DNA of 64,000 nt, from assembly GCA_964035545.1 (NCBI GenBank), contig OZ037767.1, forward strand, positions 10,984,581-11,048,580, read 5' to 3'. Each line of letters begins with the position of its first letter. Position 1 is the stretch's first letter. Under the pieces are notes generated by a model, which searched no databases, was not told the origin of the DNA, and saw only the letters and a program-made list of their open reading frames with translations. The translations under genes were made by a program, and so were the position numbers. Shown in pieces: positions 49,301 through 61,100 of this stretch. This DNA comes from Bugula neritina. Lineage: Eukaryota > Animalia > Bryozoa.

Positions 49301-52300
49301 AAATTCACAATAACCCTGATTATTTAGGTGTATTTATTGACATTTTACTAGCTTTGGGCAAAAACCCATGTTCATTAGCAGCTAAATCGTGAAAAATAGC
49401 TAAAAACTTGAGATCTCTAGTGTACTAAATTAAGTAGAATGACCCAAGTATTATAGACAAAGTGAAAAATCAAACTACAGCCAAAATATAGAAGCGGTAC
49501 GTGTTGTACTCACAGCGCTGGCTTGAGGCATTGCATGAGAGTTGAGCAGGTCCTTGAAAGTGCTTTCATCTAGTATTATTCCATAGGTGCCTGCAAGTGA
49601 CAGTGAAAGGCATATATTATATTCATCTGGTCATAAAGTTAGGGATTTGTGTTCTGCTGAAATATCTTGAATCTGAGGCATGGCTCACATACACCTAATA
49701 CATGGTTCACACACACCTAATACATGGTTCACATACCTAATACATGGTTCACACACACCTAATACATGGTTCACACACACCAAATACATGGTTCACATAC
49801 ACCTAATACATTGTTCACAGTTCACATACACCTAATACATGGCTCACACACACCTATTACATGGTTCACATTCCTAATACATGGTTCACACACACCAAAT
49901 ACATGGCTCACGCACACCTATTACATGGTTCACATACACCTAATACATTGTTCACAGTTCACATACACCTAATACATGGTTCACACACACCTAATACATG
50001 GTTCACATACACCTAATACATGGCTCACACACACCTAATACATGGTTCACACACACCTAATACATGGTTCACATACACCTAATACATGACTCACACACAC
50101 AGTCACACATACATACAAACATGTGCAAACACCTAAAGACATATGCAGACACCTACAGACACCAGAATACACTAGCAAACCAACCTGATGTTTTATTACA
50201 AAGTTCTTTACAGATTCTGACTTCAGCAGCTAAACCAATGACTGAGCACTTTACTGCGTTCTTTGCCAGAGAATCTATGGTGAGGTGAATATCCGAGGGG
50301 TCACAGGTCGTTAGACTGCTCATGATGATGACTATCTATGACATGCATACATGTATCACTTATAGCATGTACTCAATGTATGTAGTAGTGTAATTATATA
50401 TACGATGTACCAGAAAAATAAAAATGCTAAGTCGAATGTACCAAATATTGCCAATATATTACACTAGCACTGCAGGTGAAATGCAATGCACGATTTGAGT
50501 GACCAATGTTGTCAGTGATGATTCATGCATATGCATTACATTGTGGGGAGATCCTGAATACCCAAATATTACCTCTTATTTAAATTATACGTTAATTAGT
50601 CAAGTAGCATTTTACTCAGCTGCAAGTTAGCTGAAGAAACAATTACTATGTAAACATAAACAGTAGACTAGATGCAGTTTTGACTATTAGTAGCCAACAC
50701 TTCCGTAAGCAGAAACTCTGAGCTAGGGTGGGTTTGAGAGTTTCATTTGTTTTTGTTATATTTAGTCTAAAGTGAAAGAGAAAATACATATAACTGAAAA
50801 TATTGACAAAGCACTGTGGGGCAATAGCACTGAACAAGCCATAAATATAGTATTCTTAAAATTATGCTGCATAGTTCAAACTGTACTCCCAGTTTTGTCT
50901 GTAGTGCTCTATTTACTATATTTCTATTGAGCCATGATTAAACAAAATGTAATCTTCGTGAAATTTGTGTGTTAACACTACGGACTGCATACCAATGCTC
51001 TATTTATAAAATATTCCTGACGTGACTCATCAAAAACTCTTTTCACAATTTGTGGTTCAGGTACTTGTTTTATATTTTTAAAAGTTCCATTTTTACAGTT
51101 AATGGAATTCAATCATAATCCCAGTAACCTTTGCAAAGGCTGAATTGAATTAATGATAGGGGTTGACAACTACCAACCAACCTCTTTACTAGTGTGAGGT
51201 GGCACATGCTTCAGCGTTTGGTAGGCCAACTCCAAACTGTTCTGTAGAGAAAACTCTCCTTTGCATTGGTTATGCTTTAACTTCTTCAAAACTCCAGTGA
51301 GCCTTTGGGGGTTGCCTTTAATAATAAGTAATAAAAATGCTTCAAATTATAAATAAAAATGACAAACTTTCACTTTGACATAAAGCTGAGTGCATGCATC
51401 ATTGGCCAAGGCAGTATATACTATATAGAACATAGATAATTAAGAGGTTTTGGCAAATATTGTAAGGAGTAAAATTGCCATGTCAAAAAGAGGGCATGGT
51501 GATGACAGTGACTAATGCCACACAGATAAATACAGGTGCTAGTAGATATAGTAATATGGCAGGTAAACACAGGTGCCAACATGTGCATATATACTAGCAT
51601 GTTAAGCGAAACAGATGAATAAATTTCACACAAGTTAATGAATGCTAAAAAATACCTCCCAGTTCAGCAACTCTTTCAGCACGCTTGTTGCAGGAGGAAA
51701 TTATTCCCAGCTGACTGATCGGATTTTGGTCAAAATATGAGTCGACAAACAATTCACATAACTACAAAAAGTCAACTATAGTCAGTCACCTTAAGAACTA
51801 TGATGAACTGCAATATGTTTAAAATATTAGGTATAACTTTTAGTGACTTCCTTTAGTTAACTTTGCAACAACAAAAAATTTTAATCTAAAGTTTAAAATA
51901 ATCTCTAGTTTATAAGTATTACTCCAACTATGAAGAAAAGAATGGTAAGTCATGTGGAGATGCTGAGAGGCACAAACAACAAACAACCGCAGCCAGGTAA
52001 GCACTTGGTGGTCATACTACTAGCATAGTGTAAGCTGGCAACTATCTTTATTTAGGCTTTCAACTTGCCTAACATTATGAATCACCCAAGAGTCAGATGT
52101 GACTATTGCATTATGCACTCACTTGACTGTTTGCAATCTGTTGTTAGCATTATATGCTGCATATAATAAGACAAGCAAAGTGATCTATAATTCTACATTT
52201 TTCCATTAAATGACTAGTACAATGAGAATATTCACCAAATTTCAGCGCATGCATCATAAGGTACACATTTCTGGCAACTTTCACCACCCAGCAATTCAAC

Positions 52301-53990
52301 TGTACCTTTATAGCAGAGTGCCATCGAGTAGGGTGAAGGTCTTTATCATTCATCGAGCTTGAGCAATCCAACACTAGAAAGGTATGCCTCATCTAAAACA
52401 GCGTTATCTAGTCAGCATAGGTAAAAAGTCTTTAAGTCAGCAATATTATTATACTTTCGAAAATAGGCCAAATTAGCTTTTATTGCACATATTTTAGTTA
52501 GACTCTACCATTCCCAATCTTGTGTTGGGCACTCTACTAGCCCGCAGTCTTTTTCTAGCCTTCTGGATCTCCGCAACACTTGCCTGCAGTGTCCCATCTT
52601 GATCTTCAGTAATTGCCTCCCTTAAAAATTTGAATAAATCAATTGGTTATTGAACAAGTCTGCACCGCAAACGAACCCAACAAACTGTGAGATTTATTGG
52701 AGACTAGCCACTAATGAAATCGTCACCAAACTTCATTAAATATAATGAATGACTAAACATTTATTAAACAAAATTAAGACATTTACAGTTTTTATTGTCT
52801 AACTGCTAAAAGACAAAATTTAAGTTCAAGTTTGATTATTTGACTTAACGTTCAATTAGCTAAAGGTAAGCTTTAGCATTGTTGAGACTTCCTATACTTG
52901 AATTTTAAACGAAACACTCTATTTAGATTAATTCAACTCATAGATAACTTCGAAAGCTACAGGTATGTGAAACAATATACTTAGAAACACATAATCACAG
53001 TTTGAAATACATACCAAACTGATGCATCACATAGGACTTGCATTTAAAAATATTAAATTTAGTAAAAAAAATACGGTAAAATAATGTACAAGTAAATCAA
53101 AATCCACAACTATAATACTAATAGCTCTAAAAAATTGAATGTAATGTTTAAGAATAATTTGATAAGATAGTTGCAATAATTTTTCTGTCGAAGGCAGTAA
53201 TTTGAGGGCACAAAATTACCTGCATTTCAATTTTCAGACTAACTTCAATCTATCTTTCTACACATATTCATAAATATAACTTAAATAATTATAGTGAAAT
53301 AGTTATAGTAAATGTATAGTGACAAACACAATAAAACTTATAATTAATTCAATACTAATAAATTAGTTAAAATAATTATGAATTTTACACTTAATTAACT
53401 TCACTATAATTAGAAATACAATTAGTATCTCTTTTACCTTAGTTCATAGTTGCACTATTTATATTACTAATTAGTCATGATGATTATATTTTTCTTCTAC
53501 TTCTAGTGTAATTTACAATAATAATAAGCATAAATCTCGTTTAGTAAAGTGGTTAATTAATTAAACTAATGTAGTGTTGAGTTTACCCAGTGGTCCCCGT
53601 GGTGTAATGGTTAGCACACTTGCTTGCAAGCCGGAGGTCTCGGGTTCAATTTTCCAGTGGGTCAAAATTATTTTACAACTAACTCAACTAAATAAATATA
53701 ATTATAATATTAATATTGGACTGAATAAATTAGCACCAATAGCAATATTGCTGAAACTGCATAGTCATACTCATAGTGATAATAAACATAATATTACTAT
53801 TAATATTGATAGTTTTAACATTGTGATTATAATAATTACTATTATTACAGCTACACAGTTATTGAAACTAAAAGTTTTAGTTAATAGCTCACCAGGTTTT
53901 TTCATAGCCGGTTTCCCACCGGTAATTGGCATCGACTGCACCAGTTTCATTTTCATCACCAACGTTGGCTGCTGCCTTATACATAGACAT
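46384..53990 (-). CDS. GTF2H2: General transcription factor IIH subunit 2 (p44/Ssl1), multi-exon
   Basis: [14 protein letters not shown]; RLGMMRH; D.SSSM..KDLHPTR; [12 protein letters not shown]; [11 protein letters not shown]; SLTTCDP; [15 protein letters not shown]; [16 protein letters not shown]; C-terminal C..C..CLDCD.FVHE.LHSCPAC. Confidence 0.96.
47030..47166. repeat. 21-bp tandem repeat (CCTGAGCAATACCCTGGATAT) ending in an inverted copy
   Basis: About 5 degenerate units followed by a reverse-complement unit centred on GATATC at ~47135-47140. Confidence 0.75.
49138..49446. mobile_element. MITE / fold-back element with ~100-bp imperfect inverted arms in a GTF2H2 intron
   Basis: TGGGTCATT.TA.TTAATTTAGTACAC...TTTAGCTGCTAATGAACATGGGTTTTT is mirrored by AAAAACCCATGTTCATTAGCAGCTAAA...GTGTACTAAATTAA.TA.AATGACCCA. 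Confidence 0.75.
49679..50100. repeat. 22-bp minisatellite (CATGGTTCACAYACACCTAATA), ~19 units
   Basis: Direct tandem array in a GTF2H2 intron. Confidence 0.95.
53592..53664 (+). pseudogene. tRNA-derived pseudogene or SINE head in GTF2H2 intron 1 (antisense)
   Basis: A-box TGGTGTAATGG with D-arm GTGT/GCAC and B-box GGTTCAATT. The anticodon and acceptor stems do not pair properly. Confidence 0.6.
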
Positions 53991-54757
53991 GCTGCAACTT
54001 TTAAATGAAGGAGAAAAATAAAATCAGTTTTTTCTAATTATTTTATGAATTTAACCAGCCAATAGCAATAGGCGTAGTAGTAGTACTAGTATTAGACTTA
54101 GTACTAGTACTAGTAGGGGTGGAACTGGAAGTGGAAGCTCTACTGGAACTCTTGGACTTTAGATTTTAATTTTTAAATGTTTGAAGTTGAAAATCAAAAT
54201 AAATTTAGAACTTCATAGAACTGCTATTAAAATAGTCACTACTTCAATTTTGTGGTTTTGCTTATGCAGAGCAAAGTGGTGAATGCCGAACAACTGATAC
54301 TAACTACAAAATTGGTTAACGTTTGGTAAACCACTCTGTACCAAGGGAATGCAGGCGGAACTGTGTTAAGTTAAAATAAACTTGAATCATTAGAAGCTGA
54401 AAGAATGCTAGTAAGTATTGAAGTAGCATTATTGGTTAAAATTACAAATTATTATTTCCTATTTGTCAATTGAAGTTGATCGACAAGGTCAAGGCACATT
54501 TTTGGGAGTGTTCTAGGTCAGGGTTACACTATAATTATTTCAAATCGGTCTAGTATGCGAGAGAATGTAATACAATGTAATACTTATATTATACTTAATA
54601 CTTGCACTATACTATTAGTATTACTAATGCTATAACCAAGTGAGACGATTATTCTTAAGATATTTTCTAGGTGTTTGTCATTCGTTGACACAATGTTAAA
54701 CAAAAGGATAAGCAAAATAAAAATATTCAGTTAAATAATCTCTTAATTTAAGTTCCT

Positions 54758-54830
54758 AATAGTAATAGTAAATGTAATACTAATACTAATAGTAATACTA
54801 ATACTAATAGTAATAGTAATAGTAATACTA
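54758..54830. repeat. (TAATAC/TAATAG)n hexanucleotide microsatellite
   Basis: Direct reading of the sequence. Confidence 0.75.
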
Positions 54831-55915
54831 ATTCTGGTCACAAAGTCAAATACCTAAGTCGAACTCTAAGGGCTAACCGCTAAGGTGAGGTTTTTTGTTG
54901 TTGTGTTTACATTCACTTTCAGTGAGTTCAACGGTATTACTATAACTATAAGTATAGCTAAAAGATATTGCCGCACAAGTCACCATAAGTATGACTGTAT
55001 GAGTAAACTCAACACTACATTAGTTTAATTAATTGACCACCTTACTAAACGAGATTTATGATTGTAAGTCACCACAAACAGATTTCCCTTCAGTTTCTAC
55101 CACCAATCCATATTTTATATGGAATTAAAAGTAAGTTTATAACTTGTTAATTTTTTAATTTTTTTAACGGCTAAAGTCTTTTGTATCTTTGTGATTAGAG
55201 TGCTTGGTAATTAATGATTCTAACATGCATAGTGAGTGTTTTGTGCACTGTAAAATTGCGTTCCAACAGCAGGGAGGTACAAATGTATCTATCAACTACA
55301 AGTATTAGTAAGCTTGCATGGTGCATTCTTTATTCTTAAGACACTTTTGTCTTTTTATAAGCGTGGCTTAAGATACATTTCTTTAATATGTTGAAAAAGT
55401 TCAGTGCGAGTTTATTTCATGTTTTCTACAAAGCTTTTAAAACCATTGCACTTTGACAGCAAAGCTGCCTGTGGTACAGTGTCTGGCTAAAAAGTCTCTT
55501 TGGTTTGTTTCAACACAAACATTTAAATAACCACCATCAGAACAAACAAAAATTTTGAAAAGCAGCAAGGGTTAAGGTCAAAGTGAACAATTTTTTATTC
55601 AAATCATTTACTCCCTCAGTGTCAGCTTGGATTTCCAATAGCTTCCATTAGGATAGATAACTTTTTTCAACAGTACTGCTGAATTGCATAATTAGAGTTT
55701 TTTTAATGCAGCATGTTGATAAGTATAAAAATGTTGGAGGCCTTATGCAAAAGCTTCAAATTTTCTTATATTCGAAAAGTTACCCTCAATAAAGCGCTGC
55801 TATAAACACATATTTTTAAATATGAATCTACAATTCTACATGTATTTGTAATTTTTGGAAGTGCTACAATTATAGTCATGGTTTTATTTATTTGCAGGGG
55901 TGAATTTATGCTACT

Positions 55916-57328
55916 ATGGAACTACTAAAAACTAAAAAAGGACGGTTCGTTATTCTTGTGGTCTCTGTTTCGGTTATAGGATATTTGTGTAGTTATACCT
56001 TTTCTAAGACCACTATCACCAATAACATTTCTGGATATGCAAAGACTGTGCTGAATTTTGACCGTGGTCAAATAAGACAGCATGAGAACAAATCTTTTTC
56101 TGATATAAGCACTACTACACCCACTAAACACGAGGAAATCTTCCATAGTCGCTGTTACAATCCACCTAAGCACAAACGAGTTACACATCCTCTAACAGCT
56201 CAGCAGATTGCAGACTCTCTTGCTAAAAGAATTGAAATTTCTCCTCGGACTTTGCAAGACATTACCGAGGCAATAGAGCTCAATGTTATAAGTATTAACG
56301 AAAGCGATATAAATAATATAAAGATAATCTTAGGTTACCATGGTTACGAGCATACACCCCATTATACTTGGTACAACTTCACTCACTGTGAATACACAAA
56401 CTGCATCCCACTAAATCCACATAGAAGCCCTAGTCACCCAATGGCTCCTACCTCTGTAGCACAAGCAGCAAGTATCATGCTCTTTAACTTGGTGGAAATG
56501 TACCTAGGCACAACACTCAAAAATATCCCTCGTAGAAGTGATCAGTATTTTGGAGTTACCTCCCTTGAATCTACGGGATACTCATACAATGTTATGTCTC
56601 CTAATTTGAATGGACTGATCAACATGACGTTGACATATCACAGGAAGTCCACTGTTCCCGAATGGCATATTTTTAGGGCTTGTATTGATAAGCGTGAGCA
56701 GAAAAAGCATTCTGTTAACTATGCAGCAAGAAAGACTAAAGGTGCATTGGCCTATGTTAGCAACTGTTTCTCTATGCAGTATAACCGCTTGGATCTTATG
56801 AGAAAACTCTCTAAGTTTGTGCCAGTTGATATCTATGGCTCATGTGGAGCACCTGATCCCTGTGGGAGTTTGGAGTCTTCACAAAAGTCAAAATGCTCCG
56901 CAAAACTTCATCAACAATACCACTTCTATTTGAGCTTTGAAAACTCGCTGTGTGAAGACTACATAACAGAGAAGTTCTGGGACAGGTTATCAGATCCTGA
57001 CTATATGCTGCCAGTAGCCATGGGAGGCTTGAGAGTGCAAGAGTATGTTGAGCAGGCTCCTCCTAACTCTTTCCTACATGTCAGAAATTTCACCACTGTT
57101 GAGAAGCTTGGAAAATATTTAAGTTATTTAATGAAAAATCCAACAGAATACAATGCTTATCATGAATGGCGCGAGAGCTGGCATGCATTTAAAAGGCCCA
57201 TCTACACGAGATTCCCTTCTTGTGAGTTGTGCAAAATTGCTAACGAAAAGCCTTCTATGCCTGCTGATGATGACTTGTCCACAAAATATAACAATCCAGC
57301 ATTCTGTAGCAGCTATACTTATAGTTGA
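55916..57328 (+). CDS. Alpha-1,3-fucosyltransferase (GT10), single coding exon, type II membrane protein
   Basis: N-terminal transmembrane segment FVILVVSVSVIGYL; SLES, LTYHRKS, YVSNC, VDIYGSCG; alpha-1,3-FucT motif YHFYLSFENSLCEDYITEKFW; PPNSFLHV; YNAYHEWR. Confidence 0.95.
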   Translation: MELLKTKKGRFVILVVSVSVIGYLCSYTFSKTTITNNISGYAKTVLNFDRGQIRQHENKSFSDISTTTPTKHEEIFHSRCYNPPKHKRVTHPLTAQQIADSLAKRIEISPRTLQDITEAIELNVISINESDINNIKIILGYHGYEHTPHYTWYNFTHCEYTNCIPLNPHRSPSHPMAPTSVAQAASIMLFNLVEMYLGTTLKNIPRRSDQYFGVTSLESTGYSYNVMSPNLNGLINMTLTYHRKSTVPEWHIFRACIDKREQKKHSVNYAARKTKGALAYVSNCFSMQYNRLDLMRKLSKFVPVDIYGSCGAPDPCGSLESSQKSKCSAKLHQQYHFYLSFENSLCEDYITEKFWDRLSDPDYMLPVAMGGLRVQEYVEQAPPNSFLHVRNFTTVEKLGKYLSYLMKNPTEYNAYHEWRESWHAFKRPIYTRFPSCELCKIANEKPSMPADDDLSTKYNNPAFCSSYTYS

Positions 57329-58195
57329 ATTTTATTGTTCACCACTCATACTACTTGTGTATATTTTTGGAGTTTTTCAAGTTTTTTTTCAAGTTCTATG
57401 TGCTACCTGATCACAAGTTTTTTTACGCTGAACAACCTTGTCTTTAGGCTTTCTACTACTCAACAAAGAAACTTATGATATTAAATACTATATTTTCCAT
57501 TTTATACTGATTTTTGCTTCCTGAAAACCCCTTTACTTTTCACTAGCTTATTTATCTTGACCTTCCATTTTGTTGATTTTAAAGATTGTTATGTGTTATA
57601 CTGTATTTTGTTATTGTAATTTTAGTTTGTAGAATGTATAAAAATTAGATAAGACAAGGAATCATATATATAATAACATATATACATAATATATATACAT
57701 AATATATATTATACACATTTATTTAATTATATATTATGACTTGTTACTTCATCAGTAGTGTTCTGCTTTTAATTATACAAGATACATGAAAAATTGGTTC
57801 AATTATAACTGTTTAAATGTCATACTATTATCAGTTTATTTTCCTTTAACATAAAGTGGTAGCCATTATAGCATACTAGCGTCATGTGTGACCAAAAGTT
57901 AATCTCAGATTATTTCATGTAAATCTAGTCAGACTTCCTTCTACACAATCATTAAACACAAATTCCCCTGCTGCACCTAAACTGACAATTGGTTCTGAAT
58001 CATATTTCCAAGCTGATGCAGTTGAGACAAATGTCAACAGAGAACTCAGCCCAGAAGCTAATAGCCCATGGCAGTCACACAATTAGTTTCTCTACAGATC
58101 ATCAGTTCAGTAGATGGTGATATAAATATACTAGCATCTGAGTATGATCTGGGGAATCAGTTGTTCTTTCCTACTGTTCAAAGCTCCAAGCACTT

Positions 58196-61100
58196 ATGGG
58201 TTTCCTATCCCAGCATGTACTGGTGTTACTTCTTGCGATATTCAGTCTGGTGTCCAGTCAGAGAACTCTAACAGTCAACAGAGGAGAGTCACTGTCGGTT
58301 GGACAGCTCAATGCTGTAAGTGTATCCAGACTTCTCTGCATTAAATTAGGAAATAAATAATTACTCGTCTTTATTGCATATTATTATGATTTATTGCCTT
58401 TCAGGTCAAAGCTAAAATGAACAGGAGAGTTCCTAATGCCGGTTATACAGTAAAATACTTCTTAGTAAAAGTTTCAAACCAAAAAATTATAGAAAATTAT
58501 CAAACACAAGACTTTGGACATTATAGTGTTTAAACACCCAGTATAGGCAACTGCAGTTAATTATATAGCAATAACTATAATATCTAGTAACACCTTGTTG
58601 TTGAAATGTTCCACATGAAGATGTTGGCGTTTTAGTAATGACAACAATTGGTCAGACCTACCGTAGTGTCATAATATTGTTCGCCATTATATTTCAAGTA
58701 ATCGCATTCATGCTTTATTGCAATCTCTAAAACCCAAATGATATAATGATATATCACAAATATTATAAACAATATAATTATATACTATAACGTGCAGTAT
58801 GTTATTACATTTATATAGTATAACATATATTAGGAGACAATTTATCTTATAATATATACGGGTTTAAATTAGGTTTTGATGTAAAAAATGTCAAGTTTAA
58901 AAATAATTGTTGTGAGATGACAGTTGCTGATGTTGCTGATGATTAGATTAATGATATCTACATTCAAACTGTAGCATTATTTAGTAACCAGGCTAGTTTA
59001 TAAACTAATTCCAACATGGGCCTCTATACCCCCCCCCCCCCCCCCCCCGTTAGGTCATCATAGGTTGGTCATCACAATATTATACTGCGTGTAGTCATTC
59101 TTGATCACTTGGCAACAATGATCGTTTTAACAAAATCTATTGATATGCAAATAATTAAGGTACTTCATCATCAGGCTAACACATGAATTAGAGACTGCAT
59201 GCTGGGGTCTATAGAGTATAGAGGAAGTGAGCTGGTACAGTTTATATACAAACTGTTTTTATTCTAAAAATAGCTTTTTGTGAATTTTATTATCACTATA
59301 TAACAGGATAACATGCAAAACCTATTGCTGACACGGGCTAATTGTTTTATATCAGCTAATTATGGCAGCATTCAGTTTTAGTTATATTGACCATCTGCTA
59401 CCAATATCTTTGTTCCATGTTGTATTCATATCTTTTTGTTAGAGTTCCTAGATTTATTGTTAGGAAAATCAGAAGTGAGTGTTTAGAAACCCTCTAAAAC
59501 AGTCAAACCAGCACATACCTTTTACTTGTTTTTCCCAAATTGCAGTTCTACCTCCTAGAGTATGCCAAGATTATGTTATACCTTGTTTTGTGCAGTTAGA
59601 AGCCGCTTATGCAAAGCTTGTTAAAAAGAGAAGAATCCAGAATGTGGCTGGAGTTGCTCGACAAGACTCTCGGGCTCGTATAGGGACAGCCGTCTCAAGG
59701 GTAGGTGATGAGAAAAGCCCAGAGGCTATAATAGTCTATAACATTCTTTAATATAGGACTCATGCTGCATGCTTGTGGAACTATTTTTATATGATCTTTT
59801 ATTGAATTGTGATTTAAAACTTATCTATCTTATTTATTTAATTAAAATATCTCTCAGTTGAGGGTGAACAAGCTTATTTAAAATGAGTCTTATATATCAG
59901 ACATCTTCTAAAGTTTCGAAACCTGCTCATGCCTCAAAATAAAGTCAGTTTAAAAACATAAATGACAATTTTTATTTTTCAAGATCTTAAAAAACTATCT
60001 CCTGATTACTCACAGCAGGGAGAGAAGTGCTTGAGTGATTTTTTAAACATCATCATGTCTATGTTCAAAGATTCTGTACTTGAATAGGCTCTGCTCTTTC
60101 TCAAAGTTAGCTTATAATGTAATATAATATAATATAATATATTATACCCAATATACTTATATATCGAACCTTGCCATATCAAGACTTATGTTTATACTTG
60201 CAGTCAGACATCCAGAATGACGGGTTGTTGGCGTTTGCTGACATCATGTTCCTAGGTACCGTGAACTTCAACAGGGCCATACCTAACATTATCAAAGGTG
60301 ATGTTTACCCAAACCCTGCTGAACTAGAAAGGATCCAATCAGCCAAAGAAAAAGTGAGCTGAAAAAACATATAACAGCTTATATTCATCTTTTTAAATTT
60401 TCTTTGTAAAGTACTATAGTATTCTATAATGATAGATACACGGGCTAACATTTTTTTGTTTATTTTATATAAACTGATAGCAAATTAATATAATATAATA
60501 AACAAAGTATCATAATTGAAATTCTGTTGAAGCGCAATAGCGCAGCAGATTATATTATGATATTAGAGTTAATTTATGGAGCAATTTTAAAAGTTTGAGT
60601 TCTTAAAATTTCTCCACTTCTGTACCTAAATGATTATATTCTACCATGCAGTCGCGCATTTAGTTATATAATATATCTGACCTATATAAAACGTGTATGA
60701 CCTATAATGTAACTTATATGACCTATATAACTTAACCATAGTCTGTTTATCACTCCCCATGTAACCTCCTCTTCACTTACATGTACATATAGAATAGGTT
60801 GTTAGCTTAGGTTATAGGCAAGTCATATAATTTATAAGCTGGGCTTTTGCAGAACCCACTAACAGCAAGGAGAGTTAAAAGAAAAGCTATCAACACTCAG
60901 TACAATGTGGTAGAGAAGTGGGAAAATGGAATAGTACCTTACAGAGTGATAACAAGCTCTTATGGTAAGTATACAAAAGATGGAATATGCATAACTCACC
61001 TGTTATTATGATCAGGTATATGGCACCAAATAAATTTTAGTAAGAGGTGTTATTAAAGCACTTTTGTTATTAAAAACAAATGGGTTCTATTATATAATTA

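Noticed and set aside
49679-50100. Regular repeat array resembling CRISPR
   Set aside because: Head-to-tail units with no unique spacers, in a eukaryotic intron; it is a minisatellite.
53574-54008. 144-aa plus-strand ORF
   Set aside because: Low-complexity sequence antisense to GTF2H2 exon 1/intron 1, overlapping the tRNA-like element.
55916-57328. Intronless fucosyltransferase CDS as a retrogene or horizontal transfer
   Set aside because: Single-exon coding regions are common in animal GT10 genes, and base composition matches the host.
59029-59048. Long poly-C run
   Set aside because: Isolated homopolymer with no supporting context.
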